Shown here piece by piece: positions 58,481 to 64,000 of a stretch of DNA of 64,000 nt. Both the position numbers and the translations under genes were made by a program. The notes under the pieces are model-generated. The model did not search any database and was not told the DNA's origin. It saw only the letters and a list, made by a program, of their open reading frames with translations. The first letter of the stretch is position 1; each line of letters opens with the position of its first letter. Source of the DNA: Verrucomicrobiota bacterium (GTDB taxonomy: Bacteria; Verrucomicrobiota; Verrucomicrobiia; Limisphaerales; UBA9464); contig VHCX01000010.1 of the NCBI GenBank assembly GCA_016871615.1, forward strand, positions 1,875 to 65,874, written 5' to 3'.

Positions 58481-59880
58481 CCGACGCACCGCCGGACCAC
58501 CCCTGCCCCAACCCCATGAGCCACCGGACCCACGATCTGCCGTCGGCCCCCGCCGGGTCCGGGATCGATGTGCCCGCCCTGCGCCGCAAGGTGGCCTGGC
58601 GCATCCTGCCCCTGGTGATCGTGCTCTACCTGGTCGCCTACCTCGACCGGGCCAATGTCGCCTTCGCCAAGCTGCGGATGGGCCGCGACCTCGGGTTCTC
58701 GGAGGGGGTCTTCGGGTTCGGCATCGGCGTGTTCTTCATCGGCTACCTGTTCCTCGAGATCCCCGGCGCGCTCCTGGTGGAACGCTGGAGCGCCCGGAAA
58801 TGGTTCTCCCGCATCCTCATCACCTGGGGACTCATCTCGGCGGGCATGGCCTTCGTGAAGACGCCCGGGCAGTTCTACTGGGCAAGGTTCCTGCTGGGCG
58901 TGGCCGAGGCGGGATTCTTTCCCGGCATCATCGTCCACTTCTCGCACTGGTTCGTCCAGCGGGAGCGCTCCCGGGCGCTGTCGTGGCTGCTGGTGGCCGT
59001 GCCCTTCAGCATGGCCGCGGGCGCCCCGGTCTCCTCGCTGCTGCTCGACACCGACTGGCTGTCGCTGGCCGGGTGGCAGTGGATGTTCATCGTGGAGGGC
59101 CTGCCTGCGGTGCTGCTCGGGGTGATGGTGCCGTGGTGCCTGACGGACCGCCCCCGCGACGCCCGCTGGCTGAGCCCGGCGGAACGGGACCACCTCGAGG
59201 GCGAACTCGCCGCCGAGGCGACCGCGAAGGCGGCCGGAGGCCGATTGGGCGTCTGGCAGGCGCTCCGGTTGCCCGGGGTCTGGCTGCTGGTGCTGGCGGT
59301 GACCATCGGCAACAGCGGGGGCTACGCGCTCACCTTCTGGCTGCCCACCACGGTCAAGAACCTGTCGGGCGGCTCAGACCGCCTGACGCTGCTCTGCAGC
59401 GGACTCTACTACGCCTGCGGCATCGTCAGCGTGCTGGTCTCCGGCCGCTCGGCCGACCGCACGGGCGACCGCAAGTGGCACGCGGCCGGAGGGATGATGG
59501 CGACAGGCGTGTTCCTGCTGGGCAGCACCCTGCCCGGTCAGGGCTTCGCCGCGCAGATGGGGTGGCTCTGCCTCACGGCGCTGGCCGCCTTCTTCTGGAT
59601 CGCGCCCTTCTGGACGCTGCCCTCCCTGACCCTCGGCGCCTCGGCCGCCGCCGCGGCCACCGGACTGATCAACATGGGCGCGAACCTCGCCGGATACGCC
59701 GGCAACCATGTCACCGGCTGGCTGCGCGCCAATGGTGCCGGCGAGACGCAATGCCTTCACTTCCTGGCCGCCTGCTTCATCCTCGGCGGCGCGGTGCTCA
59801 CACGGGTGCGGGTCGTGACCAGCCCGGCCCACCCGGCCCCGGGGACGACCGCCGACACTCCGAAATCCGACCCCCGATGA
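58477..59880 (+). CDS. MFS transporter (anion:cation symporter/ACS-like)
   Basis: 467 aa. The ATG overlaps the SDR stop (ATGA). Twelve hydrophobic segments, YLDRANVAFAKL, and FLLGVAEAGFFPG, typical of the ACS subfamily. Confidence 0.85.
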   Translation: MTDAPPDHPCPNPMSHRTHDLPSAPAGSGIDVPALRRKVAWRILPLVIVLYLVAYLDRANVAFAKLRMGRDLGFSEGVFGFGIGVFFIGYLFLEIPGALLVERWSARKWFSRILITWGLISAGMAFVKTPGQFYWARFLLGVAEAGFFPGIIVHFSHWFVQRERSRALSWLLVAVPFSMAAGAPVSSLLLDTDWLSLAGWQWMFIVEGLPAVLLGVMVPWCLTDRPRDARWLSPAERDHLEGELAAEATAKAAGGRLGVWQALRLPGVWLLVLAVTIGNSGGYALTFWLPTTVKNLSGGSDRLTLLCSGLYYACGIVSVLVSGRSADRTGDRKWHAAGGMMATGVFLLGSTLPGQGFAAQMGWLCLTALAAFFWIAPFWTLPSLTLGASAAAAATGLINMGANLAGYAGNHVTGWLRANGAGETQCLHFLAACFILGGAVLTRVRVVTSPAHPAPGTTADTPKSDPR

Positions 59881-61865
59881 CCGACGCCGACCGGACCTCG
59901 CCCCTCGCACTCTACCGCACCATGCTCGTCATCCGGCGTGTCGAGGAGCGCCTGGCACGCTCCCACCGGCTCGGGCTCATCCACGGGGCCTGCCATACCT
60001 GCGTCGGCCAGGAGGCCATCGCAGCGGCGGTCTGTGCGCATCTCGGGCCGGACGATCCGATCTTCAGCACCCACCGGGGCCACGGACACGCGCTGGCCAA
60101 GGGGGTGGACCCGGGGGCAATGGTGGCCGAGCTCTACGGCCGCGAGACCGGATGCTCGCGGGGCCGGGGGGGCTCGATGCACCTCTTCGCCCCCGAGGTG
60201 GGCCTGATGGGCACCAGTGGCATCGTGGGGCCCTGCATCCTGCAGGCGGCCGGCGCGGGCTACAGCTCGCTGGTCCTGGGAGACCAGCGCGTGTCGGTGG
60301 CCTTCTTCGGCGACGGCGCGGTCAACAATGGCGCCTTCCACGAGGGGCTCAACATGGCGTCGATCTGGCGGCTGCCGGTGCTGTTCGTCTGCGAGAACAA
60401 CCAGTTCGCCACCGAGGTGCCGTTCGCGTCCGTCACCGGCAACCCCGGCGTGGCGGAACGCGGCGCCGCCTACGGTCTGCCGTCGGTCTCCCTGGACGGC
60501 AACGACGCGCTGGCGGTCGAGGCCGCGGTGCGCGAGGCCGTGGCCCGGGCCCGGTCCGGCGGCGGCCCGACGCTCCTCGAGTGCCGGACCTACCGGACGC
60601 GCGCCCATGCCGAGGGCATGGGGGACTTCACCTACCGCACCCGTGCCGAGGTCGACGCCTGGAAGGAGCGTTGCCCCATCGCCCGCCTGCGCGCCGTGCT
60701 GCTCGACCGCAGGCTGGCCGACGAGACGGGTCTCGTGGCCCTCGAGCACGAGGTCGAGGCCCTCGCCGAGGCCGCGCACGCATCCGCCGAGGCGGCTGCC
60801 GCGCCGGCCCCGGAGGGGGCGACCACCCACGTCGTGGCCGGTCCGCGGCCGGGACCGCCCCGAGAGGCCCCCGGGACCGGACCCGGCACCCGGGAACTTC
60901 CCTTCGCCCGGGCCACGCTCGAGGCGCTGTCGACCTCGATGTCGCAGGACCCGCGGATCTTCGTGCTTGGCGAGGGGATCGGCGCGCGCGGAGGCAATTT
61001 CGCCACCACCAACGGACTGTTCGCCGCGCACGGACCGGTCCGGCTCCGCGACACGCCCATCTGCGAACGCGGCTTCGTGGGCCTGGCCTGCGGGGCGGCG
61101 ATGACCGGGACGCGTCCGGTGGTCGACTTCATGTTCGCCGACTTCGTGCTCGATGCGGCCGGCGAGATCATCAACCAGATCGCCAAGATGCGGTACATGA
61201 GCAGCGGGCGCCTGGGCATGCCCGTGGTGCTGCGCGGCTGCATCGGCATCGGCCACTCGGCCGCGACGCACCACAGCGGCAGCTACTATTCGATGTACGC
61301 CCATTTCCCGGGCCTCAAGGTCGTCGTGCCCTCCACCCCCCGCGACGCCAAGGGGCTCCTCCGGACGGCCCTGACCGGCGACGACCCGGTGCTCTTCCTC
61401 GAGCACCGCGAATTGATGGGACTCAAGGGCCCCGTGCCCGAGGAGGACTACTCGATCGACTTCGGAAAGGCCTCGGTGGTCCGCCCGGGACGCGACATCA
61501 CGGTCGTGGCCCTGGCGCTCATGGTCCACCGGACCCTCGAGGCCTGCCGGGTGCTCGAGGCGGAGGGGATTTCGGTGGAGCTCATCGACCCGCGCACGGT
61601 CGCGCCGCTCGATGTCGGGACGATCCTCGACTCGGTGGCCCGGACCGGCCGGTTGCTCATCGTGGACGAGGACTTCGCCCACTGCGGCATCGGTGCCGAG
61701 ATCGCCGCCCGGCTGGCCGAACACGGATTCGACGATCTCGATGCCCCGATCCGCCGGCTCAACGGAAGCCCCTCGCCCACCCCGTACAGTCCCTCGCTCG
61801 AGGCCGCCGTCGTCCCCGACGTCCGGGGAATCGCCTCGGCCATCCGCGACCTCTGCGCCGAATAG
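59877..61865 (+). CDS. 2-oxoacid (acetoin/pyruvate/branched-chain type) dehydrogenase E1 component, alpha and beta subunits fused
   Basis: 662 aa in one frame. The ATG overlaps the MFS stop (ATGA). The alpha part has the ThDP motif GDGAVNNG...CENNQF. A Pro/Gly-rich linker (PAPEGATTHVVAGPRPGPPREAPGTGPGT) follows. The beta part has IFVLGEGIG, DTPICERGF and IDPRTVAPLD. Confidence 0.9.
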   Translation: MTDADRTSPLALYRTMLVIRRVEERLARSHRLGLIHGACHTCVGQEAIAAAVCAHLGPDDPIFSTHRGHGHALAKGVDPGAMVAELYGRETGCSRGRGGSMHLFAPEVGLMGTSGIVGPCILQAAGAGYSSLVLGDQRVSVAFFGDGAVNNGAFHEGLNMASIWRLPVLFVCENNQFATEVPFASVTGNPGVAERGAAYGLPSVSLDGNDALAVEAAVREAVARARSGGGPTLLECRTYRTRAHAEGMGDFTYRTRAEVDAWKERCPIARLRAVLLDRRLADETGLVALEHEVEALAEAAHASAEAAAAPAPEGATTHVVAGPRPGPPREAPGTGPGTRELPFARATLEALSTSMSQDPRIFVLGEGIGARGGNFATTNGLFAAHGPVRLRDTPICERGFVGLACGAAMTGTRPVVDFMFADFVLDAAGEIINQIAKMRYMSSGRLGMPVVLRGCIGIGHSAATHHSGSYYSMYAHFPGLKVVVPSTPRDAKGLLRTALTGDDPVLFLEHRELMGLKGPVPEEDYSIDFGKASVVRPGRDITVVALALMVHRTLEACRVLEAEGISVELIDPRTVAPLDVGTILDSVARTGRLLIVDEDFAHCGIGAEIAARLAEHGFDDLDAPIRRLNGSPSPTPYSPSLEAAVVPDVRGIASAIRDLCAE

Positions 61866-61877
61866 CCCCGCCCCGCC

Positions 61878-63143
61878 ATGCCCACGGAAATAAGTCTCCC
61901 CCGCCTCGGTTGGTCCATGGAGGAGGGCCGCTTCGTCGCCTGGCTCCGCAAGGACGGCGACCTCGTCCCGGAGGGCGAACCCCTCTTCACGGTCGAGGGC
62001 GACAAGGCCACCCAGGATGTGGAGGCCCTCTCCGCAGGGGTCCTGCGGATCGCCGCCGACGGCCCGGCCGAGGGCGACACCATCGAGGTCGGGCGGGTGC
62101 TGGGGTGGATCCTGGCACCCGGGGAATCGATCCCGACGACCGGCCCTGCCGGGACCGGGGCGACGGCCGCGGCATCCTCCGCGACCGCGCCGACTGCGCC
62201 GACCGCGCCCACAGCGCCGACCGACGGGCTGACCACGGATGCCCCCTCGGAGTCGCCGGCCCGGGCTCCCTCCAGCCCCGGACCTTCCGAGCGGCCTCCA
62301 GCCTCCCCCAGAGCCCGACGGGCCGCCCGGCAGCATGGCATCGACCTGGCGACCTTGAGCCCGACAGGTCGGGGAGGTCGCCTGCGCGAGCGGGACGTGC
62401 TCACGGCCGCTACCGGACGAGCCGATCCCGGGGAGATCCCCGGTGCGCCGCAGGGGTGGACATCCGTGCCAACGCCTCCGATGCGACGGATCATCGCCGC
62501 CCGCCTCGTGCAGGCGCGGCGTGAGACCGTGCCCGTGACCCTGACGGCCCGCGCCGACGCGACCGCCCTGATGGCCCTGCGACGACACCTCAAGTCCGAG
62601 GCCGCACCGGGCGAATCGGCACCCACCCTCAACGACCTGCTGCTCAAGCTCACGGCCGAGGCCCTGAGCCTTCATCCAATGATCGCCGCGGTCTGGGCCG
62701 AGGATCGGCTGCTCCTGCCCCGCTCGATCCACCTCGGCCTGGCCGTGGACACCGAGGCGGGGCTTCGGGTGCCGGTCGTCCGCGACGTCGGCACCTCGAC
62801 GCTCGAGGAGATCGCCGCCGCCACCCGGCGCCTCATCGCCGAAGCCCGGTCCGGGCGCATCGCCCCGGCCGACCTGCAGGGAGGCTGCTTCACCCTCACC
62901 AACCTCGGATCCCTCGGCATCGAGGCCTTCACCCCGGTGCCCAATCCGCCCGAGTCGGCCATCCTGGGAGTGGGAACGATCGTCCGCGACGTCGTGGCCC
63001 TCGAGGACGGCGGCTTCGTCGCCCGCGAGCGCTTGACCCTGAGCCTGACCTTCGACCACCGCGTGAACGACGGGGCCGCCGCCGCCCGGTTCCTGCAATC
63101 CCTCCGCGGATTGATCGAGAACCCACCTTTCCCCATCCCCTGA
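61878..63143 (+). CDS. Dihydrolipoamide acyltransferase (E2 component)
   Basis: 421 aa. Lipoyl domain VEGDKATQDV, Ala/Pro/Thr linker with (APT)x4, subunit-binding domain ARRAARQHGIDLATL, and catalytic DHRVNDG. Confidence 0.9.
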   Translation: MPTEISLPRLGWSMEEGRFVAWLRKDGDLVPEGEPLFTVEGDKATQDVEALSAGVLRIAADGPAEGDTIEVGRVLGWILAPGESIPTTGPAGTGATAAASSATAPTAPTAPTAPTDGLTTDAPSESPARAPSSPGPSERPPASPRARRAARQHGIDLATLSPTGRGGRLRERDVLTAATGRADPGEIPGAPQGWTSVPTPPMRRIIAARLVQARRETVPVTLTARADATALMALRRHLKSEAAPGESAPTLNDLLLKLTAEALSLHPMIAAVWAEDRLLLPRSIHLGLAVDTEAGLRVPVVRDVGTSTLEEIAAATRRLIAEARSGRIAPADLQGGCFTLTNLGSLGIEAFTPVPNPPESAILGVGTIVRDVVALEDGGFVARERLTLSLTFDHRVNDGAAAARFLQSLRGLIENPPFPIP

Positions 63144-63156
63144 AACCCGATCCCCG

Positions 63157-63939
63157 ATGACCGTCCCACTCCACGATCAAGTCGCCCTCGTCACCGGTGC
63201 CGCCGGGGCGATCGGGCAGGCCATCTGCGCCTCGCTTGCCGCCAACGGCGCCCGGGTGTTCTGCGCCGACATCGACCTCGAGGGTGCCCGGCGCCTCGCC
63301 GCCGGACTGCCCGGGGCGACGGCCCTCCGCATGGACGTCACCGACGAGGCCGAGACCGCCGGCGGGGTCGAGCGGATCGTCTCGACGCACGGCCGCCTCG
63401 ACCTGCTCGTCAACAACGCCGGGATCAACACCATGGCCCATCGGGTCAACATCGACACGTTCCCCGCGGAGGAATGGGATCGCATCCTGCGTGTGGACCT
63501 GACGGGCCCCTTCCTCGTCAGCCGGGCCGCCGCCAAACCCATGCTCGCGAAGGGCTCGGGCCGCATCGTCAACATCGCCTCGGTGCTCGGCCTGGTGCCG
63601 GCCCGCCTGCAATGCGCCTACACCGCCGCCAAGGCCGGCCTGGTGAACCTCACGCGCACCATGGCCATCGAGCTGGGATCAAAGGGCGTGCTCACCAACT
63701 GCATCGCCCCAGGCTCGATCCTGAGCGAGGGCACACGGAAGTTGTTCTACGGTCCGGACGGCACGTTCAACGACCGGGTCCAGGCCATGCTGTCGCATGT
63801 TCCGCTCGGCCGGCCGGGCCGACCCGAGGAGATCGCCCACACCGTGCTGTTCCTGGCCGCGCCCGGAAGTTCCTACATCAACGGCGCGGTGATCCCGGTG
63901 GATGGCGGCTGGATCGCCGGATACTCCCGCGATTTCTGA
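63157..63939 (+). CDS. SDR family oxidoreductase (acetoin reductase/3-oxoacyl reductase-like)
   Basis: 260 aa. Motifs TGAAGAIG, NNAG and YTAAKAGL (YxxxK). Confidence 0.9.
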   Translation: MTVPLHDQVALVTGAAGAIGQAICASLAANGARVFCADIDLEGARRLAAGLPGATALRMDVTDEAETAGGVERIVSTHGRLDLLVNNAGINTMAHRVNIDTFPAEEWDRILRVDLTGPFLVSRAAAKPMLAKGSGRIVNIASVLGLVPARLQCAYTAAKAGLVNLTRTMAIELGSKGVLTNCIAPGSILSEGTRKLFYGPDGTFNDRVQAMLSHVPLGRPGRPEEIAHTVLFLAAPGSSYINGAVIPVDGGWIAGYSRDF

Positions 63940-64000
63940 ACGCCCGTCCGCGGACAGGCTCCGGGCCGTCGCGGGGAAGCCCTCAGGCCAACACATCGTG

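Noticed and set aside
59757-63098. 1113-aa minus-strand ORF
   Set aside because: It is an antisense shadow of the E1 fusion and E2 genes.
63983-64000. Possible 3' end of a minus-strand gene at the right edge (TCA at 63983-63985 read as a stop)
   Set aside because: Only five codons are visible, which is too little evidence to call a feature.

Overview
This is a high-GC bacterial chromosomal segment. One coding line I counted (9421-9480) is 68% GC. About 45 protein-coding genes are densely packed on both strands. The gene content looks like the PVC superphylum, most likely Verrucomicrobiota-like: two prepilin-type N-terminal/H-X9-DG pseudopilin-like proteins, a DUF1800/DUF1501 pair, giant ThuA/dehydrogenase/HEAT/CxxCH cytochrome proteins, and CRTAC1-type FG-GAP/ASPIC proteins. 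Recognisable housekeeping genes are pgpA, trmB, glnK-amtB, a type II glutamine synthetase, trxA, panC, dapF, a phosphohexomutase and mqo. I saw no rRNA, tRNA, CRISPR array, transposase or integrase. All family calls come from reading the translations by eye; no database was searched. Caveats on the ORF track: it omits the largest gene at the left edge (1..4644, minus strand) because that gene has no stop in the window, it contains many long antisense shadow ORFs typical of high-GC DNA, and many true starts lie inside the listed ORFs. The observations most worth a second look are these. (1) A ~700 bp low-GC, ORF-poor, hairpin-rich island (8590-9290) with a candidate promoter and intrinsic terminator on the minus strand, possibly a large ncRNA. 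(2) A CRTAC1-family gene interrupted by a frameshift exactly at a G8/C8 homopolymer (34718-34725). (3) A minimal 142-aa kinase-like protein coupled to a PP2C phosphatase, lying inside a glnK-amtB/glnII nitrogen island whose two units carry sigma-54-type -24/-12 elements. (4) A MoaD/ThiS-like GG-terminal protein plus a NIL-domain protein, next to an orphan flavin-dependent-halogenase-like gene. (5) A 1271-aa secreted protein followed by an enlarged DUF1800 and a DUF1501. (6) A tightly coupled 9-gene catabolic operon (53108-63939) containing a fused E1 alpha-beta 2-oxoacid dehydrogenase subunit.
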